A stretch of 64,000 bases of DNA from an uncultured Actinomycetes bacterium (GTDB taxonomy: Bacteria; Actinomycetota; Thermoleophilia; UBA2241): assembly GCA_963725665.1 (NCBI GenBank), contig CAVRZA010000004.1, forward strand, positions 589,834-653,833, read 5' to 3'. The notes under the pieces were generated by a model. That model saw only the letters and a program-made list of their open reading frames with translations. It was not told the origin of the DNA and made no database searches. Positions 28,971 to 38,192 of the stretch are shown piece by piece (position 1 is the first letter of the stretch; the number at the start of each line of letters is the position of its first letter). A program made the translations under genes and the position numbers.

Positions 28971-30878
28971 GTGGCCACGCTCGTGACGAGCATCTCGGAG
29001 GCCCTGGCGAGAGCGCGGGACCCGGATGCCTACGTCACCGACGAGGGCAACGCCGAGATCCGCATCTGCGGCGGCAGCGCGTGCCACTCGTCGGGTCGCC
29101 TGGCGGTGACGGCCGCATTCAACGAGGAGCTTGCCTCGCGTGGGCTGGCCGAGGCCGTGCACGTCGTCGAGACAGGCTGCCACGGGTTCTGCGAGCAGGG
29201 ACCGATCGTGACGCTCTGGCCGCGGGGGACCTTCTACCCGCACGTGAGACCCGACGACGTCGCCAGGATCGTCGAGGCGAGCGTCGTCGGCGACGGTGTC
29301 TACGAGAAGCGCCTCTACAAGGACCCCGCTACCAAGAAGCGCATCGCGTTGGAGAAGGACATTCCCTTCTACCGGGAGCAGGGTCGCCGCGTGCTCGAGC
29401 TCAACGGCCGCATCGACCCCTACTCCATCGACGACTACCTCGCGCGCGGCGGCTACCGCGCCCTGGCCAAGGTGCTCGCCGACGATGAGCCCGACGACGT
29501 CATCGAGCTCGTCGAGGACTCGGGTCTGCGCGGGCGCGGCGGCGCCGGCTTCTCGACGGGCACCAAGTGGCGCCTGGCGCGCCAGGCGCCGGGCGCGCTC
29601 AAGTACGTCATCTGCAACGCCGACGAGGGCGACCCCGGCGCCTTCATGGACCGCTCCGTCTTGGAGGGCAACCCGCACTCGGTGGTCGAGGGGGTCATCA
29701 TCGCCGCCTTCGCGATAGGGGCCGGGGTCGCCCCCGTCGTGGGCTACGTGTACGTGCGGGCGGAGTATCAGTTCGCGGTGGAGCGCCTCCGTCACGCCAT
29801 CGTCCAGGCGCGCGAGCGCGGTCTGCTTGGCGACGACATCCTCGGTTCCGGCTTCGCCTTCGACGTGCACATCAGCCAGGGCGCCGGCGCCTTCGTCTGC
29901 GGCGAGGAGACCGCGCTCATGGCCTCCATCGAGGGCCGCCGCGGCATGCCGCGCACGAGGCCGCCCTACCCCGCCCTGAAAGGGCTCTTCGGCAAGCCGA
30001 CCAACATCAACAACGTCGAGACCTACGCCAACGTGCCCTGGATTGTCAACAACGGCGCCGACGCGTTCGCCGAGAAGGGGACGGCCACCTCCAGGGGCAC
30101 CAAGATCTTCTCCCTGACCGGCAAGGTGGCCAACGGCGGCCTCGTCGAGGTGCCCATGGGCGCCACGCTGCGCCACGTGATCTTCGATATCGGTGGCGGC
30201 ATGCTGCCGGGACGTGAGTTCAAGGCGGTGCAGCTCGGTGGGCCCTCCGGCGGCTGCCTCCCCAAGAGCCTTCTCGACCAGCCGATCGACTTCGAGAGTC
30301 TCGTCGCGGCGGGATCGATGATGGGCTCCGGTGGCATGGTGGTGGTCGACGACTCCACCTGCATGGTCGACTTCGCGAGGTTCTTCCTGCAGTTCACGGC
30401 TGAAGAGAGCTGCGGCAAGTGCGTCCCGTGCCGCGTGGGCATCGGCCACCTCGTGTCGATGCTGGACGCGATCTGTGCCGGCAGGGGAGAGCTGGCCGAT
30501 CTCGAACGCCTCGAGCGACTGGCCCACGTGATCAAGAACGGCTCCCTCTGCGGCCTCGGGCAGACGGCGCCCAACCCGGTGCTCTCCTCCCTGAGGTACT
30601 TCCGCGCCGAGTTCGTGGAGCACATCGTGGAGAGGCGCTGCCGGGCCGTCGTCTGTCGCGACCTGGTCGTCTACCGCATCATCCCGGGCAAATGCACCGG
30701 GTGCCAGCGCTGCGTGCAGGTCTGCCCGACCGGAGCGATCACGGGTCCGCGAGCGGAGACGCACAACCTCGACCCGGACAAGTGCATCAAGTGCCGCTCG
30801 TGCTATGAAGCCTGCCGCTTCGAAGCCATCGCCGGAGACGCGATCGTGATCGAGTCGCGAGGGCGGCATGTGGACTGA
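28971..30878 (+). CDS. NuoF/HydB-like FMN/NADH-binding subunit with N-terminal thioredoxin-like Fe-S and C-terminal 2x[4Fe-4S] domains
   Basis: 'GCHGFCEQGP', 'SGLRGRGGAGF', 'CNADEGDPGAFMDR', 'FVCGEETAL', 'ESCGKCVPCR', two CxxCxxCxxxC motifs. Confidence 0.95.
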   Translation: MATLVTSISEALARARDPDAYVTDEGNAEIRICGGSACHSSGRLAVTAAFNEELASRGLAEAVHVVETGCHGFCEQGPIVTLWPRGTFYPHVRPDDVARIVEASVVGDGVYEKRLYKDPATKKRIALEKDIPFYREQGRRVLELNGRIDPYSIDDYLARGGYRALAKVLADDEPDDVIELVEDSGLRGRGGAGFSTGTKWRLARQAPGALKYVICNADEGDPGAFMDRSVLEGNPHSVVEGVIIAAFAIGAGVAPVVGYVYVRAEYQFAVERLRHAIVQARERGLLGDDILGSGFAFDVHISQGAGAFVCGEETALMASIEGRRGMPRTRPPYPALKGLFGKPTNINNVETYANVPWIVNNGADAFAEKGTATSRGTKIFSLTGKVANGGLVEVPMGATLRHVIFDIGGGMLPGREFKAVQLGGPSGGCLPKSLLDQPIDFESLVAAGSMMGSGGMVVVDDSTCMVDFARFFLQFTAEESCGKCVPCRVGIGHLVSMLDAICAGRGELADLERLERLAHVIKNGSLCGLGQTAPNPVLSSLRYFRAEFVEHIVERRCRAVVCRDLVVYRIIPGKCTGCQRCVQVCPTGAITGPRAETHNLDPDKCIKCRSCYEACRFEAIAGDAIVIESRGRHVD

Positions 30879-33534
30879 ACCGCTGCCCCGCCACGGTGCC
30901 CGCCTGCTGCGTGTAGCCGTCGACCGGCGCCCGGTCACCGTGCCGCAGGGAACGACCGTCCTGCGTGCCGCGGAGCTCGCCGGCGTCTACGTCCCTTCGC
31001 TGTGCGCGCACAAGGAGCTCTCGCCCTTCGGCGGGTGCCGGTTATGCGTGGTCGAGATCCCCGGGATGCGCGGCCTTCCGCTGGCTTGCAGCACGCCCGT
31101 CGATGACGCCATGGAAGTCACGACCGACAGTGAGACGTTGCGCGAGATGCGGCGCGAGACCCTCCAGCTCATCCTCTCGCAGCACCCCTCGAGCTGTCTC
31201 GTCTGCGAGGAGAAGGAGGAGTGCCGTCGCAGCCAGACGACGATCCGCAAGGCCGGAGTCTCGACCGGCTGTCGAAGCTGTCCGAACGACGGCGCCTGCG
31301 AGTTGCAGCGTGTGGTGGAGCAGGTCGGGGTCACCGAGATCGGCTACCCGGTCGCCTACCGCGGGCTCGAGGCCGAGCACGACGACCCGTTCTTCGACCG
31401 CGACTACAACCTCTGCATCCTGTGTGGTCGCTGCGTGCGCATGTGCGACGAGGTCCGTGGGGCCTCTGTGCTCGCCTTCAAGTACCGCGGGCGTAAGACA
31501 CTCGTCGGCCCGGCGTTCGGCAACTCACACGTGCAGGCCGGCTGCGAGTTCTGCGGCGCCTGCGTGTCGGTCTGTCCGACGGGGGCACTGGCCGACAAGG
31601 TCTCGAAGTGGGACGGCCGTCCAGACGGGGTGGAGGAGTCGACGTGTCCCTTCTGCTGCCTGGGGTGTCGGCTCGAACTGGCGCACACCGCCGGCGCGCT
31701 CTCCTTCGCGCGCGGCGCCCACGACGCCGAGATCAACGACGGCCAGCTCTGCGTGCGCGGCCGCTTCTGTCTGCCCGAGACGACCCGCCACTACGCTCGC
31801 GCTCGCAGGCCGATGGTCCGCAGGGGCGAGTACTTCCGCGTCGCGAGCTGGGACGAGGCGCTGGGCGAGGTGGCCGAGCGGCTGCGCCAGGTCGCGCCGG
31901 ACGAGCTGCTCATGCTCGTCTCGAGCGACCTGGCGAACGAGGGCCTCTTCGCCGCCCAGCGCCTCTTCCGTTCGGGACTGAGCTCGAACGGCATCGACTC
32001 CACGGCCCGCGCCTCTCTGCCCGGCGGTTCCGCGCTGTGGTCGCGCCTCTTCTCACTGCCCATCTCGCTGCGAGAGCTCGGCGAAGCCGATGCGGTGATC
32101 GTCGCCGGGCTCGACACGCGCTTCTCCTTCTCGGTGGTCGGGGTGCAGATCCGGCGCTCCCTGCGTCGCGGGGCGAGGTTGGTGGCGGTCGACGCCCGCG
32201 AGTCGAACCTGGCGCGGGTGGCCGACCACTGGCTGCGGGCGCGCCCTGGCGAGGAGGCCCGGGTGCTCGCCGCGCTGGTGCGCTCTCTCGACGGCGGCGG
32301 CGAGCCGGCTGCGGAGGCGGCGCGGGGCGCCGTCGCCGAGGGCTCGCTCGCCGCCGCCGTGCGACACGTAGACCGCGCACCTGCGCTCGCCGTCGTGATG
32401 GGGCCGCGCGTCTTCGACTGTCCCGGGGCGAGTGACCTGGTCTCCGATCTCGAAGCCTTGGCCAGGCACGAGGGAACCACGTTCTTGCCCCTGGCCCACG
32501 GCGCCAACGTGCGCGGCGCGCTGGAGCTCGGGGCGCTCTGGGAGGTGCTCCCCGGTCCGCGCCCTGCCGGTCCCCAGCGCGCCGAATCTCGAGGTGCGGG
32601 CCTTGCCGACATCGGTCGCGGCTGGCGACCCAAGGTGCTGCACCTCGTCGGCGAGGCGCCCTTCACCGCCCGGCCGGACTGTGACTTCGTGATCGCCCAG
32701 GACCTCTATCTGCCGCCCTTCGCCGTGGATGTGTTCCTGCCGGCGGCCTCGTTCACCGAGGCCGAAGGCACTCTCACGAACATCGAGGGCCGGGTGCAGG
32801 AGTTGCGCCGGGTCGAACACGCGCCGGCGGGCGTGGCGCCCGGGCAGGCCCTCGCCGACTGGCAGATCTTCTCGGACATCGCCGGCAGACTCGGGCGCGC
32901 GGACCTGCAGTATGCGGACGCCGGCGCTGTGAGGGCGGCGATTCGCGCTGAGGTGCCCGGCTTCTCCGGCGAGCTCGACCGGTCGCCGCGACGGATGTGG
33001 CCGATGACCGTCGACGCCGAAGAGGCGTCGGGCGATGGAGCAGGCGCGGTGGGGGCGTCGCCGTCCGGGGCAGCGGGTGAACCGCCCGCGGACAAGGGTC
33101 GCTTCTTGCTCGTGCCGGAGCAGTCATCCTTCCGCCACCGCGGCATCGATCTCGCGGCCGTCGTCGAGGGACTCGGTGAGCTCCACCTCGAGGAGGGGCT
33201 GCGCATGAATCCCGACGACATCGCGCGTCTCGGGGTCGTCGCCGGAGAGGCAGTGACGGTCACCCTGCGGGGCACCGACCTAGTCTTCCCTGCCCGGTCC
33301 GACCCTGAGTGCCCGCGCGGCGCCGCCTATGTCTCGTGGTCCGGGGCGTGGGGTCGGCCGGAGGACGCAGCCGCCCGGTCCGCTCCCGAGCTCCTCGCCG
33401 GGCTGCCCATGCGACCGGTGCGCGTGCGCATCAGTGCCGGCGACCGATCGCGCCCGTCGGGGTCGCCGAGGGCGTCGGGCGACGGGCGCGATCGGACCAA
33501 AGCGCGAGGGGGTGGCCATGGTCCCCGTGGTTGA
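30868..33534 (+). CDS. NuoG/FdhA-like Fe-S molybdopterin-oxidoreductase-fold subunit, apparently lacking the Mo ligand
   Basis: 'GGCRLC', 'HPSSCLVC', 'CILCGRCVRMC', 'CEFCGACVSVCP', 'CPFCCLGC', 'EAEGTLTNIEGRVQ'. Confidence 0.88.
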   Translation: MWTEPLPRHGARLLRVAVDRRPVTVPQGTTVLRAAELAGVYVPSLCAHKELSPFGGCRLCVVEIPGMRGLPLACSTPVDDAMEVTTDSETLREMRRETLQLILSQHPSSCLVCEEKEECRRSQTTIRKAGVSTGCRSCPNDGACELQRVVEQVGVTEIGYPVAYRGLEAEHDDPFFDRDYNLCILCGRCVRMCDEVRGASVLAFKYRGRKTLVGPAFGNSHVQAGCEFCGACVSVCPTGALADKVSKWDGRPDGVEESTCPFCCLGCRLELAHTAGALSFARGAHDAEINDGQLCVRGRFCLPETTRHYARARRPMVRRGEYFRVASWDEALGEVAERLRQVAPDELLMLVSSDLANEGLFAAQRLFRSGLSSNGIDSTARASLPGGSALWSRLFSLPISLRELGEADAVIVAGLDTRFSFSVVGVQIRRSLRRGARLVAVDARESNLARVADHWLRARPGEEARVLAALVRSLDGGGEPAAEAARGAVAEGSLAAAVRHVDRAPALAVVMGPRVFDCPGASDLVSDLEALARHEGTTFLPLAHGANVRGALELGALWEVLPGPRPAGPQRAESRGAGLADIGRGWRPKVLHLVGEAPFTARPDCDFVIAQDLYLPPFAVDVFLPAASFTEAEGTLTNIEGRVQELRRVEHAPAGVAPGQALADWQIFSDIAGRLGRADLQYADAGAVRAAIRAEVPGFSGELDRSPRRMWPMTVDAEEASGDGAGAVGASPSGAAGEPPADKGRFLLVPEQSSFRHRGIDLAAVVEGLGELHLEEGLRMNPDDIARLGVVAGEAVTVTLRGTDLVFPARSDPECPRGAAYVSWSGAWGRPEDAAARSAPELLAGLPMRPVRVRISAGDRSRPSGSPRASGDGRDRTKARGGGHGPRG

Positions 33535-34351
33535 GCGGCGCATGATCGTCCCCAACCTCCATGTGCTCACCGTTGAGGCGCCCGAGGTAGCCGAGGCCGC
33601 TCGCCCGGGCAACTTCGTGATCCTGCGCCCCGATGAGCAAGGTGAGCGCATCCCGCTCACGCTCGCCGACTGGGACACCGCCGCGGGCACGGCCACCTCA
33701 GTCTTCGTGCAGGTCGGCGCCTCGACGGCGAAGCTCGCGCGGCTCAGGCCAGGCGACACGATCCCCTCGTACGCGGGCCCGCTCGGCAACGAGACCGAGA
33801 TCGGGGAGTTCGGCACCGTGCTGCTGATCGGCGGCTGCTACGGGATCGGCAGCATCCGCCCGATCGCGCGAGCGTTGCGGGCGGCCGGCAATCGCGTCGT
33901 TGCGCTCGTCGAGGCGCGCAGCTCCTACCTTCTCTATTGGGAGGATCGGCTGCGCGAGGTGTGCGACCGGGTGATCGTCGTCACGCGCGACGGCAGCCGT
34001 GGCTACAAGGGGCACGTGACACGGCTGGGCGAGATCCTCGACCTGGAGGGGATCAGGCCGGAGCGCATCATCGCCCACGGCTGCACCTATCAGATGATGG
34101 AGGTCTCGCGCCAGAGCCGGCCGCTCGACATCAAGACGATCGTCAGCATGAACCCCATCATGATCGACGGCACCGGCATGTGCGGCGTGTGTCGTCTGAC
34201 CGTCGCCGGCAAGACCAAGTTCGCCTGCGTCGACGGCCCCGAGTTCGACGGCCACGAGGTGGACTGGGAGGAGTTCCTCGCGCGGCGCGAGAGCTACAAC
34301 GCCGAAGAAGTCGAGCCGCTTCACCGCAGCGGCTGCGCGTCTCATTTCTAG
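33518..34351 (+). CDS. nfnA: NfnA/SudB-like FAD/NAD [2Fe-2S] subunit
   Basis: 'GERIPLTLAD', 'GPLGN', 'NPIMIDGTGMCGVCR', 'ACVDGPEFDGH'. Confidence 0.9.
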   Translation: MVPVVERRMIVPNLHVLTVEAPEVAEAARPGNFVILRPDEQGERIPLTLADWDTAAGTATSVFVQVGASTAKLARLRPGDTIPSYAGPLGNETEIGEFGTVLLIGGCYGIGSIRPIARALRAAGNRVVALVEARSSYLLYWEDRLREVCDRVIVVTRDGSRGYKGHVTRLGEILDLEGIRPERIIAHGCTYQMMEVSRQSRPLDIKTIVSMNPIMIDGTGMCGVCRLTVAGKTKFACVDGPEFDGHEVDWEEFLARRESYNAEEVEPLHRSGCASHF

Positions 34352-34371
34352 CAAGGGGAGCTGAGGGACAC

Positions 34372-35762
34372 GTGGGCAAGGTCGACTACGTGAGACGGGC
34401 GATGCCGAAGCAGGAGCCCTTCGAGCGTGTGCGCAACTTCGACGAGGTGGCCCTGGGCTACACCGCCGATCTGGCCGTGGAGGAGGCTCGCGCTGCCTTG
34501 CCTGCAAGAAGCCCGGCTGCGTGGACGGCTGTCCGGTCGGCATCGACATCCCGGCCTTCATCGGCCACATCGCCGCGGGCGACTTCGCCGCCGGTATCCG
34601 CACAGTCAAGCAGACCAACGCGCTGCCCGCCGTGTGCGGACGGGTCTGTCCGCAGGAGGAGCAGTGCGAAAGCAACTGCGTGCTGGGCAAGAAGGGCGAT
34701 CCGCTGGCGATCGGCCGGCTCGAGCGCTTCGTGGCCGACTGGGAGGCCGGGGAGGGGGCGGGAGAGGCTCCGCCTCTCCCGCCCCTCAACGGCCACCAAG
34801 TGGCCGTCGTCGGCTCCGGGCCGGCGGGCATCACCGTGGCCGCCGACTTGGCCCTGCTCGGCTACGAGGTGACCATGTTCGAGGCCCTGCACGAGGCCGG
34901 CGGCGTGCTCACCTACGGCATCCCCGAGTTCCGCCTGCCGAAGGCCATCGTGAGGCGCGAGGTGGCGTACGTGCGCAGCCTCGGCGTCAAACTGCACCTC
35001 GACTACATCGTCGGCAAGACGCGCACCATCGACCGCCTGCTCGGCGCCTTCGATGCCATCTTCGTGGGAGCCGGAGCCGGGCTGCCGTGGTTCCTCGAGA
35101 TCCCGGGCGAGAACCTGAACGGCGTCTACTCGGCCAACGAGTACCTGACGCGCTGCAACCTCATGCATGGCTTTCGCTTCCCGGCCTACGACACCCCCTT
35201 GAAGCGGCCCGCCAGGGTGGCCGTCTTCGGCGGCGGGAACGTGGCCATGGACTCGGCGCGCACCGCGCTCCGGCTCGGGGCCGATGAGGTGCACATCGTC
35301 TACCGCCGCAGCCGGGCGGAGCTTCCCGCCCGTGCCGAGGAGGTGGAGAACGCCGAGGAGGAGGGGGTCATCTTCGACTTTCTCACCCTGCCGGTACGGA
35401 TCATCGGCGACGATCGCGGCTGGCTCTCTGAGATCGAGTGCCGGCGCATGGAACTGGGCGAGCCCGATGCCTCCGGACGTCGGCGCCCCATCGAGGTCCC
35501 GGGCTCGGAGTTCCGTCTGCGGATGGATGCCTCGGTGTGCGCCATCGGCAACAGCCCGAACCCCTTGATCTCCATGACGACGCCCGGTCTCGAGGTGGGC
35601 AAGCGCGGCAACATCGTGGCCGCCGATGAGACGGGCCGGACCTCACGCGACCGCGTCTGGGCCGGCGGCGACGTGGTCACCGGAGCTGCCACGGTGATCA
35701 GCGCCATGGGAGCGGGCCGCAGAGCGGCCCGCTCGATGCACGAGACGCTCTCAGCCGGCTGA
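34372..35762 (+). CDS. nfnB: NfnB/SudA (GltD-like) flavoprotein, frameshift near 34490
   Basis: 'RVRNFDEVALGY', 'GCPVGIDIP', 'VCGRVCPQEEQCE', 'GSGPAG', 'YGIPEFRLPK', 'GGGNVAMD'. Confidence 0.9.
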
Positions 35763-35820
35763 CGCGGAGCGCGCGACCGGCGGCAACGTCAGACCAACGG
35801 CCGTCCGACCGCGGAGGTCG

Positions 35821-36648
35821 TCAGGCCAGCCAGTCGCGCAGGGCGCTCAGGTACTCCTCTGGCCGCTCGGCGAAGGGAAAGTGCCCGGCGTCGTCGATGA
35901 TGGCCGCTGTCCCCTGGGGCGCCAGGCGGGCGATCTCCTCGCTTGCCTCGGGGGGGATCGAGCGGTCCAGCGCTCCGCCGATGGCCAGGACCGGCGTGCG
36001 GCTGCGCGCCAGCTCGGCCCGCACGTCGAAGGTCTCGTCGGGCCCCTCGGTGGTGTAGATGGCCGGCTGGAAGACGACGCGCTCGAGCGCCGCCGTGAGG
36101 CGCTCGAGCGCGTCCCCCCGAGGGTCGGCCACGAAGAACGGCATCTCGTCGGCCCACACGCGGCGGCAGTCGTCGGGCGTCCGCACCTTGGATTCGCGGT
36201 CGAAGGCCGCCTGTACCTGCCCGCGGAGCGCGGCAGGCTCGAAGCCCGCCAGCCTGTCGCGCATCGTGTGCAGCCAGGTCTCTGAGGCGGCGCCGCACGA
36301 GGCTACGACGCGCGCCGCCGCCCCCGGGTGGCGTGCAAGGTGAGTCAGCGCCACGAAGGAGCCGAAGGAATGCCCGAGGAGCGTGTACTCCCGGAGCTCC
36401 AGAGCACTCGCGAAGGCAGCGACGGTGTCCGCGTAGCTCGTCAGGGTCCAGTCGCTCGGTTGACCTTGGTCGGAGCGTCCGTTGCCGGGCAGATCGAGGG
36501 CGATCAACCTGTGGCGCTCGCCGAGCGGCTCAAGGAAGGGAAAGAAGATGCTCCCGTCGAGCCCGGGTCCGGGGTGCAACAGCACGAGCGGCTTGCCCGA
36601 ACCGGCTTCGCGCCAGTGCAGGCGCAGGCCGTTTACGACGACCTCCAT
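35821..36648 (-). CDS. Alpha/beta hydrolase (proline iminopeptidase-like)
   Basis: 'LHPGPG', nucleophile 'GHSFG', 'AGHFPF'. Confidence 0.88.
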   Translation of the reverse strand: MEVVVNGLRLHWREAGSGKPLVLLHPGPGLDGSIFFPFLEPLGERHRLIALDLPGNGRSDQGQPSDWTLTSYADTVAAFASALELREYTLLGHSFGSFVALTHLARHPGAAARVVASCGAASETWLHTMRDRLAGFEPAALRGQVQAAFDRESKVRTPDDCRRVWADEMPFFVADPRGDALERLTAALERVVFQPAIYTTEGPDETFDVRAELARSRTPVLAIGGALDRSIPPEASEEIARLAPQGTAAIIDDAGHFPFAERPEEYLSALRDWLA

Positions 36649-36827
36649 AGTGGCTGTATGGGCGCCGAGGCTCCATGCGAAACGCGACACCCGCCGGCCA
36701 GGCATACGCCGACACCTCACGAAGGAGCTGCCGCCCGCGCGGGCACCACGGGCGGGCGCAGCTCCGCCACCGCGGCTTGAGTACTAAGTCCCCGCCCATG
36801 CCAGTGCCCGTATGGTAGAGTGCGCCC

Positions 36828-37322
36828 ATGGCTCTCGGGGATCGCATTACGGCATCCGTGGCCGACGTTCGTGCCCACGCGCAGCGGCTGGTGCAATTGA
36901 ACGTCGAGTTGCTCAAGGCCGAGATGCAGAAGAAGGGACAGCAGTACGGCACTGCGGTGGGCCTTCTCGTCGCTGCCGCTGTGCTCGCTCTTTATGCGCT
37001 GGGCTTCCTTCTGGCCACGATCGTCGCCGCGCTCGACCTTGTGTTGCCGCTCTGGCTCGCGCTCCTGATCGTGACGCTGGCCTTGTTCGTCATCGTCGCG
37101 ATTCTCATAGCTGTTGGAAGGAGCAAACTGAGGCAGGCGAAGACACCGGCGCCGCAGGGCGCCATCGGCGAAGCGCAGAACACGGTCGGCCAGCTGCGCA
37201 GCGGCATGAAGAAGACCCTGGACAGCGTCGGCGCTGGCGCCACGAAGGAGCAGACGACGGCGACCACCACAACGGCGCCGCCGCCATCGGCAGCAGGCCC
37301 ATCGCCGAGGGAGGGCTCCTGA
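36828..37322 (+). CDS. Actinobacterial holin-X / YqjE-like membrane protein
   Basis: 'LVQLNVELLKAEM' followed by two TM helices. Confidence 0.7.
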   Translation: MALGDRITASVADVRAHAQRLVQLNVELLKAEMQKKGQQYGTAVGLLVAAAVLALYALGFLLATIVAALDLVLPLWLALLIVTLALFVIVAILIAVGRSKLRQAKTPAPQGAIGEAQNTVGQLRSGMKKTLDSVGAGATKEQTTATTTTAPPPSAAGPSPREGS

Positions 37323-37615
37323 TGGCAGAGGACACCCGGCTGCCGACGGGCGACGCTCAGTCACGGGGTGGGTCCACTTCCAGCCGCAGCGTCGACCAGA
37401 TCTCACGCGACATCAAGGGAGAGCGAGCCGCGCTCGAGAAGTCATTCGCCGATCTGCAGCGAGACGTCGAGCAGGCCGTCGTGCAGATCAGGCATCAGGT
37501 GACCAGCGCTGGGCGCAAGGCGCTCGTCATCGCCCCTGTGATCGGCGTCGCCGCAGGGGGGCTCGTAGCCGGGGTCGTCCTGTTGGGCCGTCGCCGCCGC
37601 GACAAGGGCGACTGA
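37322..37615 (+). CDS. Small coiled-coil protein with C-terminal TM anchor (DUF3618/ElaB-like)
   Basis: Starts on the stop of the holin-like gene; 'DQISRDIKGERAALE', C-terminal TM plus RRRR. Confidence 0.65.
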   Translation: MAEDTRLPTGDAQSRGGSTSSRSVDQISRDIKGERAALEKSFADLQRDVEQAVVQIRHQVTSAGRKALVIAPVIGVAAGGLVAGVVLLGRRRRDKGD

Positions 37616-38192
37616 CGTCAAGTCCGCGGCCGTGCCGCGGTCGGTGTCCCTTGTTCTTCATGTTCTCGCGAGCACGCTCACCAGCGCGCTGACTCCGGCC
37701 GTGCGAACTAGGCCATCCTGAGGATTGGAGTCCCTACAACGGCGAAACCCCTCTTTTCATCGTACCGACTTCGCCATATGCTCATCCCTTACTCATCTCC
37801 TGCGGCTGGAGGGGGAGGGTCTCCGGCCACAGGGGCCCGCAGGGGGGCGTTCGATGTCGCACTTGCCCGTCTGGCCGTCATCATCTCGACGGCTTCCCGC
37901 TAGGGCCCACTACTGATACCTCACGCGACCCCAACCCCCCGGGGTCGCGACGATGGGCGGGGGCAGGCCACGCATGCGTGGCCTGCCCCCCGCCACGCAA
38001 GGCAGCGGTCGGCGGCCTGGGCTCCACGCACCTTCCGATTCCGACAAAAAACAGCGCGCTGTGTTAGCTACGCGCCGCAGGGGGGAGAACCGCGCGAAAG
38101 GGGAGAGCTTTTGTCTTGATTGTGCGGAACGTGCGTGTACGCGCGCCTGAGTCTCTCCGACACGGTCACCGACTCATCACGGGGGTAGTGCC

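Noticed and set aside
30868-33534. Selenocysteine formate dehydrogenase or [FeFe]-hydrogenase
   Set aside because: No in-frame TGA, no Cys/Sec-His active-site motif and no H-cluster motifs
34372-35762. Glutamate synthase small subunit
   Set aside because: No gltB nearby; adjacency to an NfnA/SudB gene indicates NfnB
36828-37322. Prophage suggested by the holin-like gene
   Set aside because: No endolysin, structural or integrase genes; this family is commonly chromosomal
38165-38178. Exact 14-mer gtcaccgactcatc shared with 46715-46728
   Set aside because: A match this short is plausible by chance in 53 kb of GC-rich DNA
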